From positions 1,760,001 to 1,824,000 of the forward strand of contig CAVYSW010000003.1 of assembly GCA_963771275.1 (NCBI GenBank): a DNA stretch of 64,000 bases, given 5' to 3'. The first letter of the stretch is position 1; the number at the start of each line of letters is the position of its first letter. The position numbers and the translations under genes are program-made. This document shows positions 18,930 to 28,710 of the stretch, one piece after another. Below the pieces are notes generated by a model. The model was not told the DNA's origin and did not search any database. It was given only the letters and a program-made list of their open reading frames with translations. Source of the stretch: an uncultured Gemmatimonadales bacterium. GTDB taxonomy: Bacteria; Gemmatimonadota; Gemmatimonadetes; Gemmatimonadales; GWC2-71-9.

Positions 18930-19505
18930 ATGATCAACGCAGACGGCAATCGCAGGGATTTCTTCCGTGCGACCTTGGGACGGCTCGCGCGGGAGTTGGC
19001 CGAGCGGACGGAGCGGCGGGTCGTGGTGGAACGGTACTTCCGGCCGCCGGGTGCGGTGGAGGAGATCTCGTTCCTCTCGCTCTGCACGCGCTGCGACCTC
19101 TGTGCTGAAGTGTGCCCGGCCCATGCGATTCTGAAGGCACCGCCCGCCGCCGGGCTCGCCGCCGGCACGCCGATGATCGAGCCCAGGCGGGCAGCGTGCA
19201 CGGTCTGCGCCGACATGCCGTGCGCGGCGGCGTGCCCGACCGGCGCCCTCGTCGTTCCGGAGCGGCTCTGGGAGGGCTATCGTCTCGGCCGGCTCGAGCT
19301 GCTGCCCGAGCGGTGCATCGTGTTTCACGGCACGCCGTGCGGCGTGTGCGCGCGGGCCTGCCCCGTGGGTGAGCACGCCATCGCGCTGGACGGCGCGGGG
19401 CGACCGGTGATCAAGGTGGAGGGGTGCGTCGGCTGCGGCGTGTGCGTGCGGGAGTGCGTGACCATGCCGCCGTCGCTCACGCTGCATCGCCTGGAGGAGC
19501 GCTGA
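18930..19505 (+). CDS. Multi-[4Fe-4S] ferredoxin-type protein (NapF/NapG/MauM-like)
   Basis: RRDFF, RPPGA, CTRCDLCAEVCP, CGVCARACP and CVGCGVCVREC motifs. Confidence 0.85.
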   Translation: MINADGNRRDFFRATLGRLARELAERTERRVVVERYFRPPGAVEEISFLSLCTRCDLCAEVCPAHAILKAPPAAGLAAGTPMIEPRRAACTVCADMPCAAACPTGALVVPERLWEGYRLGRLELLPERCIVFHGTPCGVCARACPVGEHAIALDGAGRPVIKVEGCVGCGVCVRECVTMPPSLTLHRLEER

Positions 19506-19858
19506 TGGAGACACCCTATCGGGTCGAGAAGCCGTGGGGCCACGAGCTGGTGTGGGCCCGGACCGAGCGGTACGTGGGCAAGATCCTGCACATCGAGGCG
19601 GGGCACCTGCTGAGCCTGCAGTACCATCAGAAGAAAGACGAGACCATCTACGTCCTGCGGGGGGAGATCATCTTCCGGGTCCAGGAAGGGGGCAGGGGGG
19701 AGGTGCGCGAGGTGCCGATGCGGGAGGGGGACGCCTATCACGTCACGCCGCACACGGTGCATCAGATGGAAGCCGTGACGACCGCCGATCTGCTCGAGGC
19801 GTCCACGCCGGAGCTGGACGACGTCGTGCGGCTGCAGGATCGGTACGGGAGGGCCTAG
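19505..19858 (+). CDS. Cupin domain protein (mannose-6-phosphate isomerase-like)
   Basis: RVEKPWGHE, LSLQYHQKKDET and EASTPELDDVVRLQDRYGR motifs. Confidence 0.88.
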   Translation: METPYRVEKPWGHELVWARTERYVGKILHIEAGHLLSLQYHQKKDETIYVLRGEIIFRVQEGGRGEVREVPMREGDAYHVTPHTVHQMEAVTTADLLEASTPELDDVVRLQDRYGRA

Positions 19859-20842
19859 GTGAAGGTCATCATTCCGCTCGCCGGCAAGGGGACGCGCCTG
19901 CTGCCGCTGACCCGCCACGTGCCGAAGCCGCTGATCCGCGTGGCCGGTCGCCCGGTGATGGACTACGTGATGGACACGCTCGACGGGCTCGACGTCGAGG
20001 AGCTGATCTGCATCACAGGACACCTCAAGGAGCAGGTCGAGGCGTACGTGCGGACGCACTACCGCCAGCCCGCGCGCTTCATCGAGCAGCGCGTACAGGA
20101 CGGGACCGCCGGCGCCGTCGCGCTGGCCGAGCCGTACGTGGATGGGCCGGTCCTGATCGTCTTCGTGGACACGCTGTTCGACGCGGATCTCTCGCGGATC
20201 ACGCGGGACGACGCGGACGGCATCATCTGGGCCAAGGAGGTGGAGGACTACCAGCGGTTCGGGGTGGTCGTCACCGATCGGGACGGCTACATGACCCGGA
20301 TCGTGGAGAAGCCGACCGAGCCGATTTCCCGTCTCGCGAACATCGGCCTGTACTACGTGCGCGATTGGCGGACCCTGTACGAGGGGGTGCACTGGACGCT
20401 CGCGCGGCCGCCGCACAAGGGGGAATGGTTCCTCACCGACGCGTTCCAGTACATGATCGACCGCGGTCGCCGGATCCGCGTGGCGGAAGTGTCAGGCTGG
20501 TACGACTGCGGCAAGGTGGAGACGCTGCTGGAGACCAATCGCCACCTGCTGCGCACCGAGCGGGCGCTCGTCCCGCCGGCGCGACCGGGGGTCGAGGTCG
20601 TGGCCCCGGTGCGGATCGCCGCGGGCGTGACGCTCGCGGACTGCGTGCTCGGTCCGAACGTCACGGTCGATGCCGGGGCCACGATACGTGGCAGCACGGT
20701 GCGCCACGCGATCGTGGGGGAGCGGGCGCGGATCGTGGGCAGCACCGTCGAGCACTGCCTGGTCGGGGACGACGCCGTGATCGAGCGGCAGGAGCTGCGG
20801 GGCATGGTGGTGGCCCGGGACGAAGCGGCGCCGGCACGATGA
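19859..20842 (+). CDS. Sugar-phosphate nucleotidyltransferase with C-terminal hexapeptide repeats
   Basis: AGKGTRLLPLT...PKPL, IVEKP and WYDCGK motifs; left-handed beta-helix-like tail. Confidence 0.9.
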   Translation: MKVIIPLAGKGTRLLPLTRHVPKPLIRVAGRPVMDYVMDTLDGLDVEELICITGHLKEQVEAYVRTHYRQPARFIEQRVQDGTAGAVALAEPYVDGPVLIVFVDTLFDADLSRITRDDADGIIWAKEVEDYQRFGVVVTDRDGYMTRIVEKPTEPISRLANIGLYYVRDWRTLYEGVHWTLARPPHKGEWFLTDAFQYMIDRGRRIRVAEVSGWYDCGKVETLLETNRHLLRTERALVPPARPGVEVVAPVRIAAGVTLADCVLGPNVTVDAGATIRGSTVRHAIVGERARIVGSTVEHCLVGDDAVIERQELRGMVVARDEAAPAR

Positions 20843-21177
20843 TCGTGCCGATCACGGGGGTCGCCGCCGTCGACGCTGCCGTGGCGACCCGCGCGGTTGC
20901 CGTGCTCTACAAGCACAGCCCGCGCTGCGGCAGCTGCGTGGCGGCGCTCGATGAAGTGCAGCGTTTCGCCGCGGCGCACCCGGACATCCCGGTGTTCCAG
21001 GTGGATGTCCTCACGCAGCGCGCCGCGTCCGACGCAATCACCGCCCGACTGGGCGTGCGCCACGCCTCGCCGCAGGCGATCGTGATCCGCGAGGGGCGCG
21101 CCGTGTGGTCGGCGACGCACTGGGACGTGACCGCGGCCGCGCTGGCGGAGCAGGTGTCCCGGGTCGGCGCCGTCTAG
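20839..21177 (+). CDS. YtxJ/BrxC (DUF2847)-like thioredoxin-fold protein
   Basis: YKHSPRCGSC, LGVRHASPQAIV and WSATHWDVT motifs. Confidence 0.8.
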   Translation: MIVPITGVAAVDAAVATRAVAVLYKHSPRCGSCVAALDEVQRFAAAHPDIPVFQVDVLTQRAASDAITARLGVRHASPQAIVIREGRAVWSATHWDVTAAALAEQVSRVGAV

Positions 21178-21815
21178 TGCCGGCAGACGCGGCGGCGCGG
21201 TCCCGGGCGGTGTGGGTCCGACGGGCCCTGTGGCTCGTTGCCGGCACCATGGCCTACAACGCCGCGGAAGCGCTGATCGCGCTCTGGGCCGGCGCCGAAG
21301 CGGGCAGCATCGCGCTGTTCGGATTCGGGCTCGACAGCGTGATCGAGCTGGCCGCCGGCGCGGTGGTGCTGTGGCGGATGGGCGTGGAGGCGCGGGGCGC
21401 GGCCGCCGAGGACGTCGAGCGAACCGAGCGCCGCGTGCGGCGGTTCGTGGGCGTCACGTTCTTCGCTCTGGCAGTGTACGTGACCGCCCAGGCGGCGCGG
21501 ACGCTGTGGCAGGCGATACCTCCGGGCGGCAGCCCGATCGGCGTGGCATTGGCCGTGGCTTCGCTCGTCGTGATGCCGTCGGTGGCCTGGGGCAAGCTGC
21601 GCGTGGCGCGCGCCCTCGGGAGCCGTGCGCTCGTTGCGGAGGCGAAGGAGACGCTCGCGTGCTCGTACCTGTCGTTCTGCCTGCTCGTTGGACTCGGTGC
21701 CAACCTGGCCCTCGGGTGGTGGTGGGCGGACCCGGTCACCGGCTTACTCATGGTCCCGTGGCTGCTGCGCGAAGGGATCGAGGGGGTGCGGGGCGAAGGG
21801 GACGAGGAGGAATGA
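21177..21815 (+). CDS. Cation transporter (CDF-like TM domain)
   Basis: AYNAAEA, GSIALFGFGLDSVIE, ETLACSYLS and WWWADP motifs; start approximate. Confidence 0.82.
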   Translation: MPADAAARSRAVWVRRALWLVAGTMAYNAAEALIALWAGAEAGSIALFGFGLDSVIELAAGAVVLWRMGVEARGAAAEDVERTERRVRRFVGVTFFALAVYVTAQAARTLWQAIPPGGSPIGVALAVASLVVMPSVAWGKLRVARALGSRALVAEAKETLACSYLSFCLLVGLGANLALGWWWADPVTGLLMVPWLLREGIEGVRGEGDEEE

Positions 21816-22327
21816 GCGCGCTCGAGATCGTGGGACTCGACATCCGGCACTGGGAGGCGGTGCGGGCGATCCTCCAGGAGGGGATCGAGACCGGGCAGGC
21901 AACGTTCGAGACCGCGGTGCCCGATTGGAAGGACTGGGACGCGGCGCACCGGCGGGACTGCCGGCTGGTGGCCGTCGTGGACAGCGCGGTCGCCGGGTGG
22001 GCCGCCCTCGCGCGGGTGTCGCCACGGGCGGCGTACGCCGGGGTGGCGGAGGTGAGCATCTACGTCGGGGCCGCGTATCGCGCCCGGGGGATCGGCCGCG
22101 CGCTGCTCGGCGGGCTGATCGCGGCCTCCGAGGCGGAGGGCATCTGGACGCTGCAGGCGATCGTGTTCCCGGAGAACGCCGCGAGCGTGGCGCTGCACGA
22201 GGGCGCGGGCTTCCGCCTGGTGGGCCAGCGTGAGCGCATCGCGCGGCTGGGCGGGCGGTGGCGGGACACCCTGCTGCTGGAGCGTCGGAGCCTCGTTGCG
22301 GCGACTGACGCCACGGAGGCCCCGTGA
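21812..22327 (+). CDS. GNAT N-acetyltransferase (phosphinothricin acetyltransferase/ArsN-like)
   Basis: ATFET, VAEVSIYV, GIWTLQA and ENAASVALHE..GFR motifs. Confidence 0.9.
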   Translation: MSALEIVGLDIRHWEAVRAILQEGIETGQATFETAVPDWKDWDAAHRRDCRLVAVVDSAVAGWAALARVSPRAAYAGVAEVSIYVGAAYRARGIGRALLGGLIAASEAEGIWTLQAIVFPENAASVALHEGAGFRLVGQRERIARLGGRWRDTLLLERRSLVAATDATEAP

Positions 22328-23937
22328 CCGAGCCTGAGCCGCTGCGCGCGCTCGTCGCGTCGTACCTCGACCTCCGCTGGCACCTGGACCCGGTGGACGG
22401 CTCGGCGGCGGGCCGGGCCGAGCACGACGGACGGCTCGGCTCGTTCTCCGTGGAGAGCGCGGGGCAGCACGTGGCGGCCTTGCGCTCGCTGATGGGCGCG
22501 GTCGAGGAGCTCGAGCTGGATGCGCTCGAGGACGAGATCGACCGCACGGCGCTGCTCAACGAGATCCGCGTGGCGGTCCACCGCCTCGTGCAGGAGCAGC
22601 CACACGTGCGGGACCCGGGCTACTGGGTGGCGCACGTGCTGGAAGGCCTGCATCAGATGCTGCTGCTGAGCGATCGCCCGGCGGACGCGCGGGCACGCGC
22701 CGCCGCGGCGCGGCTGCGCGCCGTGCCGGCGTTCTTCGACGAGGCGCGCGCCACGCTGGCCGGCTGTCCGCTGGTGTTCGTCGAGACGGCGCAGCACATG
22801 GTGCAGGCCGGAGCGCCGCTGGTGGACGAGATCGAGGCGGCGTTCCCCGGCGGGCCGGAGCTCGACGTCGCGGCCGCGTGCGGGGCCGCGCGGGACGGGC
22901 TCGCGGCGTTCGCCGCGCAGCTTGCGGGGCCGCTCCGCGAGGGCGCGCCGGCCGACGGGTTCGCGATCGGCGAGGACGCGTTCAACTTCCGGCTGCACTT
23001 CCAGCACGCGGTGCAGGCCACGGCGACCGAGCTGCTGCGTTACGGATCGCGCCTGGTCGAGCAAGTCGAGGACGAGCTCGCGACCCTGGCGGACGCCATC
23101 ACGCCGGGCGCTCACTGGCTGGACGTGCTGGACCGCCTGCGCGACGACCACCCGACGGCCGACGGGCTGGTGGCGGCGTACGCGTCCGAGATGCAGCGGG
23201 CGCACGCGTTCGTTGCGCAGCGCGGGCTGATGCCGCTGCCGGACGGTCCGCTCGCGGTCGTGGCGACCCCGGGGTACCTGCGGCCGGTGATCCCGCTCGC
23301 GGCGTACCTGCCGCCCGGAGCCTGCTCCGCGGACCGGACGGGACGGTTTTTCGTCACCCCGCCGGTGGGAAGTGGCAATGGGGCAGACCACGGGCTGAGG
23401 GATCACTGCACGCACGAGATCCCCGCAACGGCCCTGCACGAGGGGTACCCCGGGCATCACCTCCACTTCCTCACCGCGCATGGGAGTCCGCGCCTCACCC
23501 GGCGGTTCCTGTTCACCCCGGTGACGGTGGAAGGCTGGGCGCTGTACTGCGAAGACATGATGGGCGAGGAGGGGTTCTACCGCTCCGCGGCGGAACGCCT
23601 CTGCCAGCGCGCCGCGCTGCTGTGGCGGGCGCTGCGGATCGTGCTCGACGTCGGCATTCACACCGGGCGCGTGAGCTTCGCGGACGGCGTGCGCCTGATC
23701 GAGCAGCGGCTGCACTACTCCCGCGCCCATGCGGAGGCGGAGGTCCGGCGCACCTGTGCGACGCCCGCCTACCAGATGGCGTACGCGGTGGGCCGGCGGG
23801 AGCTCCGGGCCCTGCGTGACGACTTCCGGCGCGCGGCGGGTCCGGACTACTCGCTGCGCCGGTTCCACGAGTCGGTGCTCGCGTATGGCGGGCTGCCGGT
23901 CAGCCTGATGCGCTGGGGGCTCGGCCTCGGTGGCTGA
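22324..23937 (+). CDS. DUF885 family protein (putative metallopeptidase-like)
   Basis: LHEGYPGHHLH, VEGWALYCE, RIVLDVGIH and RFHESVL..GGLP motifs. Confidence 0.9.
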   Translation: MTEPEPLRALVASYLDLRWHLDPVDGSAAGRAEHDGRLGSFSVESAGQHVAALRSLMGAVEELELDALEDEIDRTALLNEIRVAVHRLVQEQPHVRDPGYWVAHVLEGLHQMLLLSDRPADARARAAAARLRAVPAFFDEARATLAGCPLVFVETAQHMVQAGAPLVDEIEAAFPGGPELDVAAACGAARDGLAAFAAQLAGPLREGAPADGFAIGEDAFNFRLHFQHAVQATATELLRYGSRLVEQVEDELATLADAITPGAHWLDVLDRLRDDHPTADGLVAAYASEMQRAHAFVAQRGLMPLPDGPLAVVATPGYLRPVIPLAAYLPPGACSADRTGRFFVTPPVGSGNGADHGLRDHCTHEIPATALHEGYPGHHLHFLTAHGSPRLTRRFLFTPVTVEGWALYCEDMMGEEGFYRSAAERLCQRAALLWRALRIVLDVGIHTGRVSFADGVRLIEQRLHYSRAHAEAEVRRTCATPAYQMAYAVGRRELRALRDDFRRAAGPDYSLRRFHESVLAYGGLPVSLMRWGLGLGG

Positions 23938-25126
23938 GTCGGTGGGGCCGGCCGCCGAGGGCAAGCTGCCGCCGGTGGTGAAAGCGCTCGGGGCTGTCTC
24001 GCTGTTCAACGATCTCGCGAGCGAGATGGTGTACCCCCTGCTGCCCGCATTCGTGACGCGCGGGCTGGGCGGCGGGGCGCTCGCGCTCGGCGCGCTCGAC
24101 GGGATCGCGGACGCGGTGTCGGCGGTGGTGAAGATCGCGGCCGGCCGGCTGGGTGAGCGGCGGGCCTGGCGCCGGCCACTGATCGTCGCCGGCTACGCGG
24201 TGGCCGCCGTGACCAGGCCGCTGGTGGGGCTGAGCGCCGCAGCCTGGCAGGTCGTGGCCCTGCGCGCCGCCGACCGGATGGGGAAAGGGGCGCGCAACCC
24301 GCCGCGCGACACGGTCATCGCGGACGCCGTGGACAGCGGGCAACGCGGGCGGGCGTTCGGATACCACCGGGCGATGGACCACGCGGGGGCGATGATCGGG
24401 CCGCTGGTGGCGACCGCGCTCATCGCCCTGCTGGCCTGGACCCCGCGCCGCGTGATCACCTGGAGCGTCGTGCCGGGCGTCGTCGCGGTGCTCGTGGCGG
24501 TTCTCGCGCTGCGGCGGACGCCGGCCCTCGCGGCGCCCGAGCCACCGCCCGCCGCGAGCCCGATGCCCACCGGCGCCCCCCCGGCGCCGCTCGTCGCCCT
24601 GATCCTGCTGTTCGCGTTCACGCGCCTGCCCGAGACGCTGTTTCTGCTGCGCCTCCAGGAGCGCGGCATACCGGTCGCCGTGATTCCCGTGGTGTGGGCC
24701 ATGCTCCACGTCGTGCGATCGGCCGCCAGCTACCCGGGCGGCCGGCTTGCCGACCGGATCGGGCCGGCGCGTACGATGCTGGGAGGCTGGGCGGCGTATG
24801 CGGTGGTGTGCGTGGGACTCGCGCTCACGGTGTCGCCCGTCGCGGCCGGTGCCTGGCTGCTCGGCTACGGCCTGGTGGCGGCGGCGACGGAATCGCCCGA
24901 GCGCATGTTCGTGGCGGCGTGGGGTGGCCGCGCCACGCGGGGGCGGCGGTTCGGTCTGTACCATGCCGGGGTGGGCCTGGCCGCGCTGCCCGGCGGGCTC
25001 GCGCTCGGCGCGCTGTACGAGTGGCGTGGCGGGACCGCGGCGCTGCTCGCCAGCGGGGCCGCCGGTGGGCTGCTGGCGCTGGCGGGGCTCGCCGTGACCG
25101 GCCCGCCGAGGCGCGCCGCCGGGTAG
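23930..25126 (+). CDS. MFS transporter
   Basis: SLFNDLASEMVYPLLP, DRMGKGAR.PPRD and GRAFGYHRAMDHAGA motifs. Confidence 0.9.
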   Translation: MAESVGPAAEGKLPPVVKALGAVSLFNDLASEMVYPLLPAFVTRGLGGGALALGALDGIADAVSAVVKIAAGRLGERRAWRRPLIVAGYAVAAVTRPLVGLSAAAWQVVALRAADRMGKGARNPPRDTVIADAVDSGQRGRAFGYHRAMDHAGAMIGPLVATALIALLAWTPRRVITWSVVPGVVAVLVAVLALRRTPALAAPEPPPAASPMPTGAPPAPLVALILLFAFTRLPETLFLLRLQERGIPVAVIPVVWAMLHVVRSAASYPGGRLADRIGPARTMLGGWAAYAVVCVGLALTVSPVAAGAWLLGYGLVAAATESPERMFVAAWGGRATRGRRFGLYHAGVGLAALPGGLALGALYEWRGGTAALLASGAAGGLLALAGLAVTGPPRRAAG

Positions 25127-25191
25127 CGGGTCGCAGGCACGCGGGTTGCCGCCGGGCCCGGCGCGGCGTACCTTGTCCCGGCCTACTCCCG

Positions 25192-26070
25192 GTGGTCATC
25201 ATCCCGTTCAACCCGCAGGATTCCGAGTGGCTCGCCAGGCCGCGGGGTCGTGAGAGCGGCGCGGCGCTCGCGCCGCTCCCGCAGACGCAGCGCGCGCCGC
25301 TCGCGAGCGGCGGCACCCGGGGCAACACGGCGATCGTGACCGGGGGCGCGACCGGCATCGGGCGCGCCGTGGCGCTCGAGTTCGCCCGGGGCGGCACGAA
25401 CGTCGCGTTCAACTACATCGATCTTCCGGGACGGGACATCGTCGAGCAGGCGCTGCTCACGGAGACGGCGCTCCGGGCGTTCGGCGTCTCGGTGTATTCC
25501 GAGCGGTGCGACGTCCGCGACCAGGACGCCGTCGAGCGGTTCGTGCATCGCGTGAAGGCCGAGCTGGGCGGGGTGCATTGCCTGGTGAACAACGCGGGGA
25601 TCACGCGCGACGCCGCGATGTGGCGCCTCTCCTCGGAGCACTGGCGTGACGTGATGGACACGAACATCACGGGTGCGTTTCACTGCATCCAGGCGGTCGC
25701 ACGCCTGTTCCGGGCGCAGCGCGGCGGGAAGATCGTGAACATCGCGTCGATCCAGGCGTTCCACCCGAGCTTCGGCGTCGCGGCGTACGCGGCGAGCAAG
25801 GCCGCCCTGATCGGCCTCACGCGTTCGGCCGCGATCGAGCTCGGGCCCTCCAATGTGAACGTCAACGCGGTGGCGCCGGGCTACGTCCGGACCGAGGCGC
25901 TGGAAGCGCTGCCGGAGGACGTGGTGGACCGGGCAAAGAAGAACTCGGTGCTGGGCCGGCTTGCCGAGCCGGAAGACGTCGGCAGCGTGGTCGTATTTCT
26001 CTGCTCGCCGGAAGCCCGGCACATCACGGGACAGGTTATCTTTGTCGACGGCGGACTGAGCATCGTCTGA
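25192..26070 (+). CDS. SDR oxidoreductase (FabG-like)
   Basis: TGGATGIG, NNAGI, YAASK and ITGQVIFVDGG motifs; putative promoter TTGCCG-17-TACCTT at 25146-25174; start approximate. Confidence 0.88.
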   Translation: MVIIPFNPQDSEWLARPRGRESGAALAPLPQTQRAPLASGGTRGNTAIVTGGATGIGRAVALEFARGGTNVAFNYIDLPGRDIVEQALLTETALRAFGVSVYSERCDVRDQDAVERFVHRVKAELGGVHCLVNNAGITRDAAMWRLSSEHWRDVMDTNITGAFHCIQAVARLFRAQRGGKIVNIASIQAFHPSFGVAAYAASKAALIGLTRSAAIELGPSNVNVNAVAPGYVRTEALEALPEDVVDRAKKNSVLGRLAEPEDVGSVVVFLCSPEARHITGQVIFVDGGLSIV

Positions 26071-26137
26071 CCGCCGCCCCCGTCCGCCCGCCCCGCGCGG
26101 TGCGGCGGGAGCCGCCTTCCTCAGCAACGGACGTTTC

Positions 26138-26770
26138 ATGGCGCCTCGCTCGAGCGTCATCGCGCTGTCCTGTCTCCTCCTGACGGTCGCCTGCGGCGCC
26201 AAGCAGCCACCCGAGAACGCCGCCCCCGTCGCCGCGCTGCCGCTGCCGACGGCGGGGATCGCCGGCCAGGACGTCCCGGTCTACCCGCTCACGCTGCTCT
26301 CGGCGGACGCGGCGCTGGGCTGGGAGGCGGCGCTGACCCCCCACCGCGACGCGCTCGCGCGGGCCGACAGCATCATCGCGGCGCTGCTCGCGGAGCGCTC
26401 GCCGGAGGTTTCGTGGATCCTGCCGCCGGCGCTGCGGCACGCCGCGGCGCGGGCACCGGGGCTGCTCGCCGACCCCGATCGGATCGGCACCGCCCTGCTG
26501 CGCGCTCGCGGCCTGAAGGTGATCCCCGACCCGTTGCGCAGTCAGATGCGCCAGCTCAACGCGGTGGCCGGGGGGCGCTACGCGTTCGTCCCGGCCGCCC
26601 TGGTGTACGTGCGCACCCCGGAGGGGCGCGCGCGCGCGGAGCTCACGGTGGTGCTGGCGGACGTGCGGAGCGGACAGATCGGCTGGTGGACGGTGGCCAA
26701 CGCGGAGGGCGCCGATCCCTGGGCCGCGCTGATCGCGGCGTTCAAGACGCTCACCCCCGCGCTGCCGTGA
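26138..26770 (+). CDS. Hypothetical lipoprotein
   Basis: Lipobox-like LTVAC; GC-rich codon usage; operon position. Confidence 0.7.
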   Translation: MAPRSSVIALSCLLLTVACGAKQPPENAAPVAALPLPTAGIAGQDVPVYPLTLLSADAALGWEAALTPHRDALARADSIIAALLAERSPEVSWILPPALRHAAARAPGLLADPDRIGTALLRARGLKVIPDPLRSQMRQLNAVAGGRYAFVPAALVYVRTPEGRARAELTVVLADVRSGQIGWWTVANAEGADPWAALIAAFKTLTPALP

Positions 26771-26848
26771 CCCACGCCGTCACGCCGATCCCGGGCGGCG
26801 CGATCATGCCGCGCGGCACTGGGACCTGGACGCGGAATCTGGGGAGCC

Positions 26849-27166
26849 ATGCTACGACGAACGAGCTCGCTGTCGCCGTCGTTCGGCGGCTTGCGTGAGC
26901 GCGAGTGCCCGCGCTGCCACCGCGAGGTAGACCTGCTGCTGGGCGAGCTCTGCGCCGCGTGCCGGCGCGAGATCGACGGCCGCGCGGCCCGGGTGGCGCG
27001 ATGGGTGAGCCTCGGCACGACATTGCTGTTCGGCCTCTACGCGATGACGGCGCTGCCGGTCGACCGCACCGCCCGGATGGTGGGGGCGACGGCCACGGTC
27101 ATCTGGTTCCTGATCGTGCGACGGGTGGTCCAGCGGGTGGCGCGCGAGTGGTTCCTGACCCGGTAG
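26849..27166 (+). CDS. Small membrane protein with an N-terminal CxxC...CxxC zinc ribbon
   Basis: CPRC and CAAC followed by two TM helices; GGGAG RBS. Confidence 0.6.
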   Translation: MLRRTSSLSPSFGGLRERECPRCHREVDLLLGELCAACRREIDGRAARVARWVSLGTTLLFGLYAMTALPVDRTARMVGATATVIWFLIVRRVVQRVAREWFLTR

Positions 27167-27176
27167 CGGAGCGGCG

Positions 27177-28025
27177 ATGAGCTTCAGTCTGGTGCACCTC
27201 GCGGACGTCCACTTCGGCGGCGTCGCGGACATCGCGCAGATCGAGGCGGTGGAGGCCTTGGTGCCCGATCTGGAGCCGAATCTGGTCGTCCTGTCGGGCG
27301 ATCTCAGCCAGCGCGCGCGGCACGGCGAGTTTCAGCGCGCGCGCGCCCACGTGCGCGCCCTGGAGCGGGCCGCCCCGGTCTATGTGATGCCCGGCAATCA
27401 CGACGTGCAGTGGTGGTGGCGGCCGTTCGTCCCGCTGGGGGGGGCGGCCAAGTACGCCAAGTACCGGCGTTACTTCGGGCCGACGCTGGCGCCGACGCTC
27501 GATCTGCCGCAGGCGCTGGTCGCGGGCGTGCTGACGTCGCACGGGGTGGCGTGGGGATCGCTCACGCCGCGGCTGCGGGACATCGCGGTCAAGGGACACC
27601 TGCCCCGGAGCGAGATCCGGCGGGCGGCGGCGGCGTTCGCGCGCGCGCGGCCCGAGCAGGCCCGCATCCTGGTGTTGCACCACAACGTGCTGCGCGGCGA
27701 GCTGTCGCGGCGCATGGGCCTGGCGCGGTGGCGCCAGGCGCAGCGGCGCATCGCCGCCTGCGGGGCCGACCTGGTGCTCTGCGGCCACGATCACCAGGAG
27801 CAGGTGGGGACGCTGGAGCACACGGTGGTGGCGTGCGCCGGGACGCTGTCGACGCGCGCGCGCGGTCAGCGGCCGTCGGTGTTCTTCCGCATCGTGATCG
27901 AGGACGCGGCGACGCACGTGGAGCAGTACCGCTGGGATCGCGCGCATGGCGTGTTCCGGCGCTCGGACCGGCACCAGTTCGCGCGGCGACCGGACGCGCG
28001 CCAGCCCGCTGCCCCGGTCGGTTGA
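27177..28025 (+). CDS. Calcineurin-like metallophosphoesterase
   Basis: HLADVHFG, SGDL, PGNHD, LHHN and CGHDH motifs. Confidence 0.9.
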   Translation: MSFSLVHLADVHFGGVADIAQIEAVEALVPDLEPNLVVLSGDLSQRARHGEFQRARAHVRALERAAPVYVMPGNHDVQWWWRPFVPLGGAAKYAKYRRYFGPTLAPTLDLPQALVAGVLTSHGVAWGSLTPRLRDIAVKGHLPRSEIRRAAAAFARARPEQARILVLHHNVLRGELSRRMGLARWRQAQRRIAACGADLVLCGHDHQEQVGTLEHTVVACAGTLSTRARGQRPSVFFRIVIEDAATHVEQYRWDRAHGVFRRSDRHQFARRPDARQPAAPVG

Positions 28026-28710
28026 CGCCGCCCGGGCGGCGGACGCGGCGCTGCTCGAACGGCGGCTCGCGGAGGCCGGGCTCGAGGGCGTCGCCCGGAT
28101 CGTGGTACACGAGAACCGGGCGGTGCTGGTGACCGTGCGGCGCGGCGTGCTGAGGATCCAGCGCGGCTTCGCGTATGCCCCCGACCGCGTGCTGCGGGCC
28201 GTGGCGACGTTCGTGCGGGGCCGGCGACGGTCCCGGCGCGAGGTCGCGCGCGAGTTGCTCGCGTTTCCGGTGCATGAGTACGTTGCGGCGCGTCCGGCGC
28301 GGCGGCGCCGCACGCGCCCACGGCCCGGTGACGGCCGGATCGTGGCCGCGCTCCTGGCGCTGCACCGGGAGCTCAACCGGCGGCACTTCGACGGGCGCCT
28401 GGCCTCGCCGCGGTTCCGGCTGTCGGATCGGATGCGGGTGCGGCTGGCCGACGTGACGCTGCGCGAGTCCCGGGGCGGCCCCGTCGAGATCGGGTTCAGC
28501 CGGCGCCACCTCCGGCGCGACGGCTGGGACGAGATCGGGAAGACACTGTTGCACGAGATGGTGCACCAGTGGCAGGTCGAGTCGGGCCTGCCATTGAACC
28601 ACGGAGCGGAATTCCGGCGCAAGGCGCGGGAGGTGGGTGTGGAGCCCTCCGCGCGGCGCCGCGTGGCATGGGCGGCCGCCCGGCGGGCGGCGCCCGAGCG
28701 GGAGGATTGA
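27946..28710 (+). CDS. SprT-like zinc metalloprotease domain protein
   Basis: LNRRHFDGRL, TLLHEMVHQW and NHGAEF motifs; true start probably near 28010-28030. Confidence 0.8.
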   Translation: MACSGARTGTSSRGDRTRASPLPRSVDAARAADAALLERRLAEAGLEGVARIVVHENRAVLVTVRRGVLRIQRGFAYAPDRVLRAVATFVRGRRRSRREVARELLAFPVHEYVAARPARRRRTRPRPGDGRIVAALLALHRELNRRHFDGRLASPRFRLSDRMRVRLADVTLRESRGGPVEIGFSRRHLRRDGWDEIGKTLLHEMVHQWQVESGLPLNHGAEFRRKAREVGVEPSARRRVAWAAARRAAPERED

